A stretch of DNA of 64,000 nucleotides from Acidobacteriota bacterium (lineage in GTDB: Bacteria; Acidobacteriota; Terriglobia; Acidiferrales; 2-02-FULL-67-57). Below the pieces are notes generated by a model, which was not told the origin of the DNA, made no database searches, and saw nothing but the letters and a program-made list of their open reading frames with translations. The stretch's first letter is position 1. The number at the start of each line of letters is the position of its first letter. The stretch lies in contig JBBIPK010000009.1 in the NCBI GenBank assembly GCA_037442885.1, forward strand, positions 4,249-68,248, given 5' to 3'. Positions 22,401 to 31,916 of the stretch are shown here, piece by piece. The position numbers were made by a program, and so were the translations under genes.

Positions 22401-22783
22401 TCTTCGGCAATCTTGATGGCGCGGAGCGTCGCGCCAATCAACTCGACTCCATGCTTCTCCAGCGTCCCGCGCTCGGAGAGCTCCACGGCGAGGTTCAACG
22501 CTGTCTGTCCGCCGACCGTGGGCAGGAGCGCCTGCGGTCGCTCGCGGGCGATGATGGCCTCGAGGTAGTCAGCGGTCAGGGGCTCGATGTAGGTGCGGTC
22601 GGCAAACTCCGGATCGGTCATGATGGTGGCCGGGTTGGAATTGACCAGGACAACTTCGTAGCCCTCGCTCTTCAGCGCCTTGCAGGCCTGCGTGCCCGAA
22701 TAGTCAAACTCGCACGCCTGCCCGATGACAATCGGCCCCGACCCCACAATCAGTATCCGCTTGATGTCCGTCCGTTTCGGCAT
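19463..22783 (-). CDS. carB: carbamoyl-phosphate synthase large subunit
   Basis: Two ATP-grasp halves plus an MGS-like C-terminus. The start is ATG 22783 ([30 protein letters not shown]), overlapping the carA TGA by 1 nt (TGATG). Confidence 0.97.
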   Translation of the reverse strand: MPKRTDIKRILIVGSGPIVIGQACEFDYSGTQACKALKSEGYEVVLVNSNPATIMTDPEFADRTYIEPLTADYLEAIIARERPQALLPTVGGQTALNLAVELSERGTLEKHGVELIGATLRAIKIAEDRLWFKDVVAGCGLDCPRSTLVNNLADARGFAEKVGFPVVIRPSFTLGGTGGGIAYNAEDFEEAVSRGLDLSPVREVLVEESVLGWKEFELEVMRDLADNVVVICSIENFDAMGIHTGDSITVAPAQTLTDKEYQQMRDAAQKIIRAVGVDTGGSNIQFAVDPQSGRMVVIEMNPRVSRSSALASKATGFPIAKIAAKLAVGLRLDEIPNDITRKTPASFEPTLDYVVVKIPKWQFEKFPTVERTLGTQMQSVGEVMAIGRTFKEALLKGIRSLETGKRTDLPRNIEPDRLRELLRVPTPERLEALFAALQQGMSLPEIARLTSIDPWFLQQMREIVETEARLADASLEGVSAENLREAKQMGFSDEHLARLWGTTPAAVRRQRLAHDIRAVFKRVDTCAAEFESFTPYLYSTYEEEDETEPTSRPKIVILGSGPNRIGQGIEFDYCCCHAAFALREKGFETIMVNCNPETVSTDYDTSDRLYFEPVTFEDVMNIIERERPNGVIVQFGGQTPLNLALPLKQAGVPIIGTTPESIDLAEDRQQFSRLLRALKIPQPRHAAAMSLEEAVEAAEKIGYPVLVRPSYVLGGRAMAIAYDRATVETYVAQATEFAQALPILIDEFLEDTIELDVDALSDGADVYIGGIMEHIEKAGIHSGDSSCVLPTYQFSPGVLECLREYTVRLARALNVVGLMNVQFAVPRGSDTVHVLEVNPRASRTVPYVSKATGIPLAKMAALLMTGARLKDFDLPAEAPSHHFYAVKSSVYPFSRFRGVDTVLGPEMKSTGEVMGVARGFGSSFAKAQLAADQRLPTAGTAFLSVNDRDKPELLPIARKLTERGFALVATRGTAQALSGAGLTVESVFKVNEGRPHVVDLIKTGRIQLIINTPLGRKSFYDERAIRRAAVRHRVPCITTLEGATAAVAGIEALQKEEIEILCLQDLYPRFEARGSLRAMRRAGPATGVRSSLAGSEVVAPAKRGPR

Positions 22784-23907
22784 CAGTCTCTCGCCTGCTC
22801 CATCAATTCGCAAAACTGCCCAAACAGGTAGTGGGAGTCGTGCGGGCCGGGGGAAGCCTCGGGATGGTACTGCACGCTGAACAGCGGCAGGGAGCGATGC
22901 CGAAGGCCTTCGAGCGTGTCATCGTTCAGGTTCTTGTGGGTCAGCTCCACATCGCTTGCTGGCAGCGAATCGGGGTCAACCGCAAAGCCGTGGTTCTGAC
23001 TGGTGATTTCGACTTTTCCCGTTAACAGATTCTTTACGGGATGATTTGCCCCGTGGTGGCCGAACTTCAGCTTGTAGGTCTTGCCTCCGAGCGCCAGCCC
23101 GATGATCTGGTGACCCAGGCAGATGCCAAAGACGGGCACGCGGCCCATCAGTTTTCGCACCGCTGCGATGGCATAGGTGCAGGGCTAGGGGTCGCCGGGG
23201 CCGTTCGAGAGGAAGACGCCGTCGGGCTTGAGCGCGAGCGCGTCCTCGGGCGCAGTGAGTGCCGGGACCACGGTAACGCGGCAGCCCACGTCCACCACCC
23301 TGCGCAAGATGTTCTGTTTGATGCCGTAATCATAGACGACAACGTGGAACCGCGTGCCTTCTCCTCTGTGTTTTGTGGTTTCTGAAAGGGCTACGCTCGG
23401 CTCGGTCCATTCATAGGAGCCGGCACAGGTGACGGTGCGGGCCAAATCCAGGCCCACCATTGGCGGCAACGCGCGCGCGCGGGCAACGAGCCTCTCGGCA
23501 TCGGACTCAACTGTCGAAAGTACGCCGCGCATCGCCCCGTGCGTGCGCAGATGGCGCACCAGCGCGCGGGTATCAACGTGGCTGATGACCGGAATGTGGT
23601 GTGTCGCCAAGTACTCCTCGGCGGCCTGCTGGCTGCGCCAGTTGGAAGCCACCTGGGAGAACTCACGGACGATCAGGGCTTCGATGTAGGGGCGCGGAGC
23701 TTCCTGATCGAGGAGATTCGTGCCGACGTTGCCGATATGGGGGTAGGTGAGGCAGACAAGCTGGCCGGCGTAGGAAGGATCGGTGAAAACCTCCTGGTAA
23801 CCGGTGATCGAGGTATTGAAAACAACTTCCCCGCCCCGCGTGGTGCGGGCGCCATAGGCCTTACCGCGAAAGATGCGCCCGTCTTCGAGGGCGAGAATAG
23901 CGTGCAT
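22783..23907 (-). pseudogene. carA: carbamoyl-phosphate synthase small subunit interrupted by one in-frame TAG (23185..23187)
   Basis: Track ORFs 23185..23907 and 22783..23160 are in the same frame. Read-through gives ...[36 protein letters not shown]..., colinear with the E. coli CarA sequence ...SNGPGDPAPCDYAI...[10 protein letters not shown]. The catalytic Cys (GICLGHQ) and His (YHPEAS) are intact. Confidence 0.85.
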
Positions 23908-23911
23908 CCTC

Positions 23912-23937
23912 TCTCCCGTTTCTCCTCCCGCCTCCCG
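23912..23937. repeat. three copies of the heptamer YCTCCCG (minus strand CGGGAGR), two of them in tandem
   Basis: TCTCCCG at 23912..23918, then CCTCCCG CCTCCCG at 23924..23937. The array lies in the 33-nt lepB-carA spacer. On the coding strand it reads as stacked SD-like GGGAGG units. Confidence 0.45.
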
Positions 23938-23940
23938 TGC

Positions 23941-24549
23941 TCACCGGGTAATCTCCCCCGATCGCGTGACACTTCCCATCCGCCCCAGCGGCCAATAGAC
24001 GAAAACCGCCTTGCCGTAGATGTAGCGGCGGTGCACCGGCCCCCAACTGCGTGAGTCGTTGGAACTGGAGCGATGGTCACCCAGGACGTAGAAGTGATCC
24101 GGCGGAAGCGTGAGGGGCGGTGAGGACTGCCGCTCGCTCGATTGCTCCTGTAGATAGCCTTCTTGAAGCCTTACGCCGTTGACGTACACTCGTCCAGCTC
24201 GGATTTCGATGGTCTCACCGGGTAAACCGACGACGCGCTTGATAAACGATTTCGACAGATCCCGGGGGTAGCGGAATACAATGATGTCGCCCCGTTCAAT
24301 GGGGCGGAAGTGGTAAGCAAACTTGTTGATGAAGACTCGCTCCTGGTCTTCGAGCCCCGGCGCCATGCTCGTCCCTTCCACTTTGACCGGCTGATAGAGG
24401 AAAGCAATGATAACAACCGCCAAGAGACTGGCAGTCAGCAGTTCCCGAAGCCAAGTGATAGAGAGAAGAGAAGCAGCTGCGCGGCGAGCACCCTGCCCCC
24501 GGCGGCCCAGCAGGCCTAGCCGGGAGCCTGAGTGAAGTTCATCTGTCAT
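23941..24549 (-). CDS. lepB: signal peptidase I
   Basis: Contains an N-terminal TM segment, then the SM(A/E)P box (EGTSMAPGL), then GDIIVFRYP, then GDHRSSSNDSR. Confidence 0.9.
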   Translation of the reverse strand: MTDELHSGSRLGLLGRRGQGARRAAASLLSITWLRELLTASLLAVVIIAFLYQPVKVEGTSMAPGLEDQERVFINKFAYHFRPIERGDIIVFRYPRDLSKSFIKRVVGLPGETIEIRAGRVYVNGVRLQEGYLQEQSSERQSSPPLTLPPDHFYVLGDHRSSSNDSRSWGPVHRRYIYGKAVFVYWPLGRMGSVTRSGEITR

Positions 24550-24563
24550 CCCTGACTCTCAAC

Positions 24564-24592
24564 TTTATAACATGCTTTCCCGAGCTCTGCAA
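24564..24592 (-). promoter_or_regulatory. candidate promoter, TTGCAG-N17-TATAAA, for lepB-carAB
   Basis: On the minus strand, TTGCAG is at 24592..24587, followed by a 17-nt spacer and TATAAA at 24569..24564. The -10 ends 14 nt before the lepB ATG. Confidence 0.4.
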
Positions 24593-24600
24593 CTCTCGCG

Positions 24601-25299
24601 ATGAGCACCCCGGCCACACGCATCGCTCTTGTCATCCCCGCGCTGAACGAAGAGCACGCACTGCCGAAGGTGTTTGCGGAACTGCCGCCGGGGCTGTTCC
24701 GTCAAGTCATCGTGGTTGACAATGGCAGCACGGACCAGACTGCCGCGGTGGCCCGGCGGCACGCCGCAGAAGTCGTCTCCGAACCGCGTCGTGGCTACGG
24801 CCAGGCTTGTCTGGCGGGTCTCGCCCACGTCGCGCCCGACACAGACATCGTGGTTTTCTTGGATGCAGATGCGAGCGACCTACCGGCTGAGGTTTTCCAT
24901 TTGCTGGCTCCCCTGCAAGCAGGCGCGGCCGACCTTGTCATCGGCTCCCGTCGGCTGGGAAAGACCGACCCGGGAGCTCTCTATTGGCACCAGCGCTGGG
25001 GAAATCGCTCCTTCACCGCCCTGATCCGTTTGTTGTTCGGCTTTCGCTTCACCGACCTTGGTCCGTTCCGCGCCATCCGCTGGCGGGCGCTGCAGCAACT
25101 CGCTCTGCAGGATCGCGACTTCGGCTGGACGGTCGAAATGCAGATCAAGGCCGCCCGCCAAGGGTTGCGCATTGTCGAGATCCCGGTCAGTTATCGCCAA
25201 CGTCTCGGGCAGTCGAAGATTTCGGGTACCTGGAAAGGAAGCCTGAAGGCCGGCGGCAAGATCTTCTGGACGATTCTCCGCTTGCGCTTTTCGCGCTAA
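24601..25299 (+). CDS. family 2 glycosyltransferase (DPM1-like)
   Basis: Contains IALVIPALNEE...VIVVDNGSTD...FLDADASD (DxD) in a GT-A fold pattern. Confidence 0.8.
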   Translation: MSTPATRIALVIPALNEEHALPKVFAELPPGLFRQVIVVDNGSTDQTAAVARRHAAEVVSEPRRGYGQACLAGLAHVAPDTDIVVFLDADASDLPAEVFHLLAPLQAGAADLVIGSRRLGKTDPGALYWHQRWGNRSFTALIRLLFGFRFTDLGPFRAIRWRALQQLALQDRDFGWTVEMQIKAARQGLRIVEIPVSYRQRLGQSKISGTWKGSLKAGGKIFWTILRLRFSR

Positions 25300-25304
25300 C
25301 GGCT

Positions 25305-26225
25305 TCAGTTGTTCCGGCCGAGACCGAAGAAACTCCGGAACGTCTTGCTTACGCCGAAGGTTAAACCCGTCGCAGCGTCGCGGCGAGTAAGCCCGACGAT
25401 GCTGGCCACGTCCCAGCGGAAGCCGCCAGCGAAGATTTGAACTCCCAAGCGCGCCTCTCCGCGACTCCCCGTGCCCACCAGGGCGCTCGCGTCGGGCGTA
25501 GCCCGGGTGCTCTTCCTCCCCTGTACTTCCCCCACGATACTTAACCGCTCATGAACGGAAAGCACCAAGGCCCATCCCAGCAGCAGGACGTCGTTCTGGG
25601 AAAACAACCCGGCCGGCGCCTGCAATATCGCGACACCCACATGACCAAAGGTATTGAGCCGCCCGAAATGTTTCTGCACCAAGACAGTGGCAAACGCATT
25701 GGTCGTATTCAGGCCGATGCCGCGCCGTTCATCCGTAGTCGGCAATTCCACCCCGAAGCGAAGCCCAAAGGCGGGCCGCTTTTCTTGCTCTGGCACGAGC
25801 TTGATTTTCGTAGCCAGCGTGAACTCTCCAAAATCATTGGTCGCGGTCCCGTTGTTTTGCAGCGTAGGGAGGACAAAGGCGGGGCGCTGCTGGGTGACGG
25901 ACAGGAAATTGCGAATCGTGCCTTCCATCTGGATTTCAACTGCTCGACTCATCCCCAAGTGGAACCCGAGCGCGCCGACGCGGGTCAGATCGCCTGTCAG
26001 GCCCGAGAGGGGAAAGTCCACATCCTGCAAAAACTCAAAGCCGACTTGCACCAGTATCTCTTTCGGTGTCACTACCTCCACTTCTTGGGTCAGCAGGGGG
26101 CGCTGCTGGGCAGCCAGGGGAGGAGAGTCGAAAAAGCAGAGAGCGACCAACAGAAGAGTGACGCGTGCAAGCCGCAAGGCGCGCGTATTATGGAGAATCA
26201 AACACGCTGAGGCAAGCGCAGGCAA
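25305..26225 (-). CDS. putative outer-membrane beta-barrel protein
   Basis: 306 aa with a signal-like N-terminus (...LLLVALCFFDSPPLAAQQ), alternating amphipathic strands, and a C-terminal ...FRSFFGLGRNN. Family assignment (MetA-pathway/transporter-like) is tentative. Confidence 0.5.
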   Translation of the reverse strand: MPALASACLILHNTRALRLARVTLLLVALCFFDSPPLAAQQRPLLTQEVEVVTPKEILVQVGFEFLQDVDFPLSGLTGDLTRVGALGFHLGMSRAVEIQMEGTIRNFLSVTQQRPAFVLPTLQNNGTATNDFGEFTLATKIKLVPEQEKRPAFGLRFGVELPTTDERRGIGLNTTNAFATVLVQKHFGRLNTFGHVGVAILQAPAGLFSQNDVLLLGWALVLSVHERLSIVGEVQGRKSTRATPDASALVGTGSRGEARLGVQIFAGGFRWDVASIVGLTRRDAATGLTFGVSKTFRSFFGLGRNN

Positions 26226-26231
26226 AGCACC

Positions 26232-26957
26232 TCAGCCAACATCCAGCTGAGCCGAGAGAATTGCCAGCGCAGCCAGGACAGCGGTCTCTGTGCGGAGAAT
26301 CCACGGGCCTAACGAAGCCTCGACAAATCCGAAGCGGCTTGCAGTTCGCCTTTCCTCGGCCGTCCAGCCCCCCTCAGGTCCGACAGCAAGGGCAGCGGGG
26401 CGCGGATTCGCCGCTGCCCTGAGGATTCGACCCAACGGTGGCGCGTCAGGGACTTCCGAAAGCAGAATCCGTGTTTCGCAAGTGATACCAGCCAAGGCAT
26501 CCTGGAAGGCTCGCGGGGGAAGAAGACTCGGCACAGTCATCCGCCGCGACTGCTGCGCCGCCGCGTGGAGGATCTTCTCCCAGCGCGCCATCCGGCCTGG
26601 CGCAGCCTTGACCAAGTGCTTGTCCGAGCGGTTGGCGGCAATGGGAAGGATTTCGGAGACTCCCAGCTCCGTAGCCTTCTCCAGCGCCCACTCCAAGCGC
26701 CGAAAGTCGAAGATGGCAATGAGCAGAGTCGCCCCGGAAGTCTCTGGTTCCTTGTCTATTCGCTCCACGAGGGCAAACTCGACACGTCGCGGCTGGAGAG
26801 AAACGATGCGGGCGAGCCAGACACTGTGCTGGTCGGAGAGCTCATAGACTTCACCCAGGCGCGCGCGGAGAACTCTTGCCAGGTGATGAGCCTGCTCGCC
26901 CGTGAGGATCGCTCCCTGCGGGCCGAGCTTTTCGACGATGATGCGCCTGCGTGTCAC
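26232..26957 (-). CDS. rsmE: 16S rRNA (uracil1498-N3)-methyltransferase
   Basis: 241 aa with a PUA-like N-terminus (HHLARVLRARLGE) and a SPOUT C-terminus (AVGPEGGWTAEE...LGPWILRTETA). Confidence 0.85.
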   Translation of the reverse strand: MTRRRIIVEKLGPQGAILTGEQAHHLARVLRARLGEVYELSDQHSVWLARIVSLQPRRVEFALVERIDKEPETSGATLLIAIFDFRRLEWALEKATELGVSEILPIAANRSDKHLVKAAPGRMARWEKILHAAAQQSRRMTVPSLLPPRAFQDALAGITCETRILLSEVPDAPPLGRILRAAANPRPAALAVGPEGGWTAEERRTASRFGFVEASLGPWILRTETAVLAALAILSAQLDVG

Positions 26958-26999
26958 TCACTCGCGCAGAGAACGAAGGTTGCCGGACTCAGTCGGAGA

Positions 27000-28139
27000 T
27001 CAGCCGAAGATGTCCTTGACACGCCGGAACAGACTACTCTTCTCAACCGGGCGGTTCTCGGCCGGCCACGTTTCGGCCAATTGTTCGATCAAGCGCCGCT
27101 GCTCGCGGCTCAACTTTTTCGGCGTGACGACGTTGAGCTCGACCAACAGGTCCCCGCGCGCTCCCCCGTTCAGGCTAGGAAACCCCTTGCCCTTGAGCCG
27201 AATGATGGTGCCGCTCTGTGTCCCGCCCGGAATCTTGATTCGTTCCTCCCCGTCGAGAGTCGGCACGCGAATCTCGGCTCCCAGAGCCGCTTGCGGGAAC
27301 GTAATCGGCACCGAGCAGTAGAGCGTGTTTTCCCGGCGCTCGAATATCGGGTGCTCCTGCACGTGCAGGACGACGTAGAGGTCGCCCGCCGGACCTCCCT
27401 GGCTTCCGGCCTCCCCTTCCCCCGCGATTCGTAGCCTGGTCCCGGTGTCCACGCCGGCAGGAATCTTGATCTCCAGGGTCCGCTCGCGTTGCACTTGACC
27501 GCCACCCCGACACTCGGGGCAGGGATCACGCAGCACCTGGCCCGTGCCCTGACACTGCGGACACGTACGGGAAACGGTGAAGAATCCCTGCTGGTAGCGG
27601 AGCTGTCCGCGCCCGTGGCAGGCTTCGCAGGACGTGGGGCCGGTGCCGGCGCGGGCGCCCGAGCCCCGGCAGGAAGGGCAGGGTTCCCGCCCCGGCACTT
27701 TGATCTTGGTGGTAAGGCCACGCGCTGCCTCTTCGAAGCTGATCTCCATGTCGTAGCGAAGATCAGCGCCGCGCCGCACGCGTGCTCGGCGCCTCCTGCC
27801 TCCACCCAATCCAAACAGGTCTTCCAAGTTGAAGAGTCCACCGAACAGGTCTTCGAAATCCGCAAAGATGGTTTCGTCAAAGTCGGCGAACGGCTGCGCC
27901 CCCAATCCCGCGTGGCCGTAGCGGTCGTAGGCCGTCCGCTTCTGGGGATCGGCCAGGACGGTGTAGGCTTCCGTGATTTCCTTGAACCGTTCTTCCGCTT
28001 CGTGTTTGTTGCTCGGATTCCGGTCGGGATGCCACTGGAGGGCGAGGCGCCGGTAGGCTTTCTTGATTTCCTCGGCACCGGCCTGGCGGTTCACGCCGAG
28101 AACGTCATAGTAGTCGCGCTTTTGATTCGTAGTCGGCAT
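27000..28139 (-). CDS. dnaJ: molecular chaperone DnaJ
   Basis: Contains the J-domain (DYYDVLGV...HPDRN), a G/F region and four CxxCxGxG zinc motifs. The likely start is ATG 28139. Confidence 0.95.
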   Translation of the reverse strand: MPTTNQKRDYYDVLGVNRQAGAEEIKKAYRRLALQWHPDRNPSNKHEAEERFKEITEAYTVLADPQKRTAYDRYGHAGLGAQPFADFDETIFADFEDLFGGLFNLEDLFGLGGGRRRRARVRRGADLRYDMEISFEEAARGLTTKIKVPGREPCPSCRGSGARAGTGPTSCEACHGRGQLRYQQGFFTVSRTCPQCQGTGQVLRDPCPECRGGGQVQRERTLEIKIPAGVDTGTRLRIAGEGEAGSQGGPAGDLYVVLHVQEHPIFERRENTLYCSVPITFPQAALGAEIRVPTLDGEERIKIPGGTQSGTIIRLKGKGFPSLNGGARGDLLVELNVVTPKKLSREQRRLIEQLAETWPAENRPVEKSSLFRRVKDIFG

Positions 28140-28143
28140 TCCT

Positions 28144-28692
28144 TCAGGTGCTGTTTCCATCGGAGCTTGCCGGGCGCACGGCCACTTTGACCAAAGCGGG
28201 CCGCAGCAGTTTCCCTTTGAAGGTATAGCCCTGCTGAAGCTCCTCCATCACCTCGCGGTCACCGAGCTCTTCGGTCTCAATCCGCTCCACCGCATGATGC
28301 AGATAGGGATCGAACAACTCGCCCAGTGCCTTGACCGGCTTCAGCCCGCGGAGCAGCAGAGCGTCAAGCAACTGCTTGTAAATGAGCTCCACACCTTTGC
28401 GATATTCCTCGTCTTGAAGGGCGTTGTTGGGCGCACGGAGAGCCCGCTCAAAGGCATCCAGAACCGGCAGCAGAGCGAGAATCAAGTCCGCCTCGGCGCG
28501 CTCGCGAAACTCCTGCGCGTCGCGTTCAGCGCGCTTGCGGTAGTTCTCGAAGTCTGCTTGCCGCCGGATCAGCTGCTCAAAGAGGGAATCCCGCTCAGCC
28601 TGGAGTTTCTTGAACGATTCCTCCAGGGACGGCTCGGCCGCCATAGCGGTCTCGGGTGCGGGCGTGCGGGAAACGTCTTCCTCGTCCCTCAA
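28144..28692 (-). CDS. grpE: nucleotide exchange factor GrpE
   Basis: Contains a coiled-coil N-terminus, then [16 protein letters not shown], then FDPYLHHAV. The TTG start is preceded by GGGAGAGGGGAAG. Confidence 0.9.
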   Translation of the reverse strand: MRDEEDVSRTPAPETAMAAEPSLEESFKKLQAERDSLFEQLIRRQADFENYRKRAERDAQEFRERAEADLILALLPVLDAFERALRAPNNALQDEEYRKGVELIYKQLLDALLLRGLKPVKALGELFDPYLHHAVERIETEELGDREVMEELQQGYTFKGKLLRPALVKVAVRPASSDGNST

Positions 28693-28725
28693 CTTCCCCT
28701 CTCCCTGAATCTGGCAGGCGTTCTG

Positions 28726-29775
28726 CTAGTTTTCATGCAAGACCCGATCGAAGAGCCGGGCGACATAGGTGACGGCCGTGATCACCCGCGGATAATCCAT
28801 GCGGGTAGGGCCTAGGATGGCGAGAGAACCCAGAGGCCCAGCTCCGGCCCCATAGGAAGCGCTGATGAGAGCGTAATGCTGGATGGCCGGAGACAGTTGT
28901 TGCAGACCGATTCTGATGTGCACATTGGTTTCGACCTGTTCAACAGTGGCGCGCAGCAGGTGAACCAGCTTCTCTTTTTGCTCAATGGTCTGCAGCAGTT
29001 CGCGTAATTCGTCCCGGCCAGCTTCCTCCGCCTGCTCGATGAGATGGGGTGTGCCCTCCACGTAGACCGCGGCGCCTTCGCGGATGCCCGCCAGACTCTC
29101 CCGGCACAGCAGCGCCGCCCTGCGGGCGAGCCGTTCGTAACGCGAACGATCGCGAGCCGCACGCCGCTCGAGCTCCGCCGGGATGCTGGCCAGCGCCCAG
29201 CCGGGAAAATTGTCATTCAGGTACTGGGCGGTGCATTCCAACTCTTCGGGGGTAAACGGCTTCGGCAGGCGTAGCAGCACATCCTGGACCTGGCCGGTCT
29301 TGGTGAGGAGGATGACGAGCACCCGGTTTCCTTCCATCTGCAGAAAGCGCACTTGTTCCAGGGGCTCGCGGGTAACCGGCAGGGAGACGACGATGCCGAG
29401 TCCCTGTGCCAGTTCAGCGAGCACGTGCGAAGCCCGGGGGAGCAATTCTTCACCCTTGCCGCGCTGACTCAGGAGACGCGCATTGATCCAGTGCCGGTCG
29501 GCGCGGGAGAGTCGGGCACGCTCGGCCACCTGCCGGGCATAGAACTCGTATGCTTTGATCGTCGGTACTCGGCCGGCCGACGTGTGCGGTTGATGCAGGA
29601 ATCCTTGCGCTTCCAGGCGCGCCATGACTGCACGAATCGTCGCCGAAGAGAGTTCTCCGTGGTGCTGGCGAGCTATCTGACCCGAGGCAACTTCCTCTCC
29701 GGTCGCGATGTAGGTGTGCACGATCGCAGCCAGAATTTCCTCGTTGCGCCGCTGTTCTTTTTCCGGCGACACCAT
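28726..29775 (-). CDS. hrcA: heat-inducible transcription repressor HrcA
   Basis: Contains a winged-helix N-terminus (ILAAIVHTYIATGEEVASGQIA...SSATIRAVMARLEAQGFL) and the HrcA C-terminal domain. The likely start is ATG 29775. Confidence 0.9.
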   Translation of the reverse strand: MVSPEKEQRRNEEILAAIVHTYIATGEEVASGQIARQHHGELSSATIRAVMARLEAQGFLHQPHTSAGRVPTIKAYEFYARQVAERARLSRADRHWINARLLSQRGKGEELLPRASHVLAELAQGLGIVVSLPVTREPLEQVRFLQMEGNRVLVILLTKTGQVQDVLLRLPKPFTPEELECTAQYLNDNFPGWALASIPAELERRAARDRSRYERLARRAALLCRESLAGIREGAAVYVEGTPHLIEQAEEAGRDELRELLQTIEQKEKLVHLLRATVEQVETNVHIRIGLQQLSPAIQHYALISASYGAGAGPLGSLAILGPTRMDYPRVITAVTYVARLFDRVLHEN

Positions 29776-29816
29776 GCTGCGCAGCCTCGCCGAACCTCCA
29801 ATCGCTTTCCGCGCTG

Positions 29817-29845
29817 ATTTTACTGGCGCTGGCAAAGAGGGTCAA
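29817..29845 (-). promoter_or_regulatory. candidate promoter, TTGACC-N17-TAAAAT, for hrcA-grpE-dnaJ
   Basis: On the minus strand, TTGACC is at 29845..29840, followed by a 17-nt spacer and TAAAAT at 29822..29817. The -35 begins 3 nt after the aldehyde dehydrogenase stop. Confidence 0.5.
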
Positions 29846-29847
29846 GC

Positions 29848-31344
29848 TTACGGGTTCGTGTCAATCTGCGCCCGCTGCAAAGTACCGCTGAAGTCCACGT
29901 AGAGGCTCTTCCACTCGGAGAAGACGTCCAGGGCGGCCTGGCCGGCGTCCCGGTGCCCGTTGCCGGTTTGCTTGGTGCCTCCGAAGGGGAGCTGGATTTC
30001 CGCCCCAATGGTGGGCGCGTTGATGTAGACGATGCCGGTGTAGAGATCGCGCATGGCTGCGAAGGCCCGGTTCACATCGCGGGTATACAGAGCGGAGGAG
30101 AGGCCATAGACAACACCGTTGTTGATTTCGACTGCTTCCTCGAAGGTGTCAAATGGGATCACGGAAACAACGGGGCCGAAGATCTCTTCCTGAGAGATCC
30201 GCATCTTGGGGTCGCACTCACCGAAGATAGTGGGCGCATAGAAGGAGCCGTGCTCCCAGTCTCCGTCCGTCAGGGGATGCCCGCCGCACAAGAGACGCGC
30301 CCCTTCATCCTTCCCAATCTGCACATAGCTGTCCACTGTCTTGCGCTGGCTCTCGTTGATGCAAGGACCCATCTCCACGGTAGGATCCAGGCCGTTACCG
30401 ACCTTCAGGCTCTTCGCCCGGCGGACGAACTTCTCGGTGAATTCCTTGTACACCTTCTTGTGCACTGCGACGCGGCTTGCCGCCGTGCAGCGCTGCCCGG
30501 TCGTGCCGAAGCCGCCCCAGAGGGCGCCGTCCACCGCCAAGTCCAGGTCGGCGTCGTCCATCACGATGATCATGTTCTTGCCGCCCATCTCCAGGCTGCA
30601 ATGGCGGAAGTCCGGCGCGCAGGCTTCCGACACCATCCGCCCCACCTCGGTGGAACCCGTGAAGGAGATGACGCTGATGTCCTTGTGCTTCATGAGGGGC
30701 ACACCCACTGCGCCCCCCGAGCCGGTCACGAAGTTCAGCACTCCCTTGGGCAAACCTGCTTCGTTCAAGATCTTGACAAAATTCCAGCCCGAGAGCGGCG
30801 TATCGGTTGCCGGCTTGAAGACAACAGTATTTCCGCAGACGAGAGCGGGAAAAATCTTCCACGAGGGAATCGCCATGGGGAAATTCCAGGGGGTGATAAT
30901 TCCGCAGACACCGAGAGGCATCCGCACCGACATGGCAAACTTGTTGGGGAGCTCGGAGGGAACGGTGTGCCCGAACAGGCGGCGTCCCTCACCGGCCATG
31001 TAGAAGCCCATGTCAATGGCTTCCTGCACATCGCCGCGGGTTTCCTTGAGGATTTTCCCCATCTCGCGGGTCATGTCACGGGCCAATTCTTCTTTTCGCT
31101 CCACGAGCATTTGCGCGGCCCGATAGAGAATCTCGGCCCGTTTCGGGGCTGGCAGAAGCCGCCAGGAGCGGCAGGCCTCGCGCGCGGCTGCGATGGCGTC
31201 CTCGACGTCACACTTATCCGAGGCCTGGAATACTCCGATAACATCGCGGCGGTCAGCGGGGTTGGTGTTCTCAAAGGTTTTCCCGCACCGCGCCTCCACC
31301 CACTCACCGTTGATGAAATTCTTGTACACCTTGGGGGCTGCCAT
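29848..31344 (-). CDS. NAD(P)-dependent aldehyde dehydrogenase
   Basis: 498 aa. Contains [15 protein letters not shown] and the catalytic-Cys region GQRCTAASR. Confidence 0.9.
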   Translation of the reverse strand: MAAPKVYKNFINGEWVEARCGKTFENTNPADRRDVIGVFQASDKCDVEDAIAAAREACRSWRLLPAPKRAEILYRAAQMLVERKEELARDMTREMGKILKETRGDVQEAIDMGFYMAGEGRRLFGHTVPSELPNKFAMSVRMPLGVCGIITPWNFPMAIPSWKIFPALVCGNTVVFKPATDTPLSGWNFVKILNEAGLPKGVLNFVTGSGGAVGVPLMKHKDISVISFTGSTEVGRMVSEACAPDFRHCSLEMGGKNMIIVMDDADLDLAVDGALWGGFGTTGQRCTAASRVAVHKKVYKEFTEKFVRRAKSLKVGNGLDPTVEMGPCINESQRKTVDSYVQIGKDEGARLLCGGHPLTDGDWEHGSFYAPTIFGECDPKMRISQEEIFGPVVSVIPFDTFEEAVEINNGVVYGLSSALYTRDVNRAFAAMRDLYTGIVYINAPTIGAEIQLPFGGTKQTGNGHRDAGQAALDVFSEWKSLYVDFSGTLQRAQIDTNP

Positions 31345-31445
31345 GATGACCTCCTCTGAAGAGACTGCCAGCTCGTTTCGAAACTAGTGTAAGTCAGGAA
31401 CAGACTCGAGACAACGCCGGGAACGAAGGGATCAGGGCGTCCATC

Positions 31446-31904
31446 TCAAGGGTCGCGGGGAGTGTTCGCTGCTTCTCCCGACGCTGTGGCCGGGCGCGGG
31501 GCCGCCTGGCCAGCGGTTTCTGGACCCAGGCCCAGTTTGATGAGGGAGAGAGCATCCGGCTTGCCGGTCTCCGGATGTCCGTGCTCTTTCTGGAAGCGGC
31601 GCATCGCTGCCTCTGTGGCACTGTCCCACTTACCTGTGGGCTCCGCCTGCAAATAGCCCGCTCGGCGTAACGCTTCCTGAATCTCCCGGATGCGCTCTGG
31701 GCTGGGCTGCTGCTGCGCTTGCTGCCTCCGAGAGCGTTTCCGCGCCGAGCGCCCGAATGGTTTCTTGGCTTGCTGCTGAAAAGCTGCACTCAGCCCCTTC
31801 CCGGGAGGTGGGTCGGCGTCAGCTGTCAGCGGAAGAAAAGCAAGCGGGGACAGCCAGAGGGCGAGGAAGGCAAGCTGGTGACGAATTCGTTGATGCAAGA
31901 GCAT
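31446..31904 (-). CDS. secreted peptidoglycan-binding-domain protein
   Basis: Contains a signal peptide and a C-terminal PG_binding_1-like repeat (IREIQEALRRAGYLQAEPTGKWDSATEAAMRRFQKEHG). Confidence 0.6.
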   Translation of the reverse strand: MLLHQRIRHQLAFLALWLSPLAFLPLTADADPPPGKGLSAAFQQQAKKPFGRSARKRSRRQQAQQQPSPERIREIQEALRRAGYLQAEPTGKWDSATEAAMRRFQKEHGHPETGKPDALSLIKLGLGPETAGQAAPRPATASGEAANTPRDP

Positions 31905-31916
31905 GAACGCAGGCGC

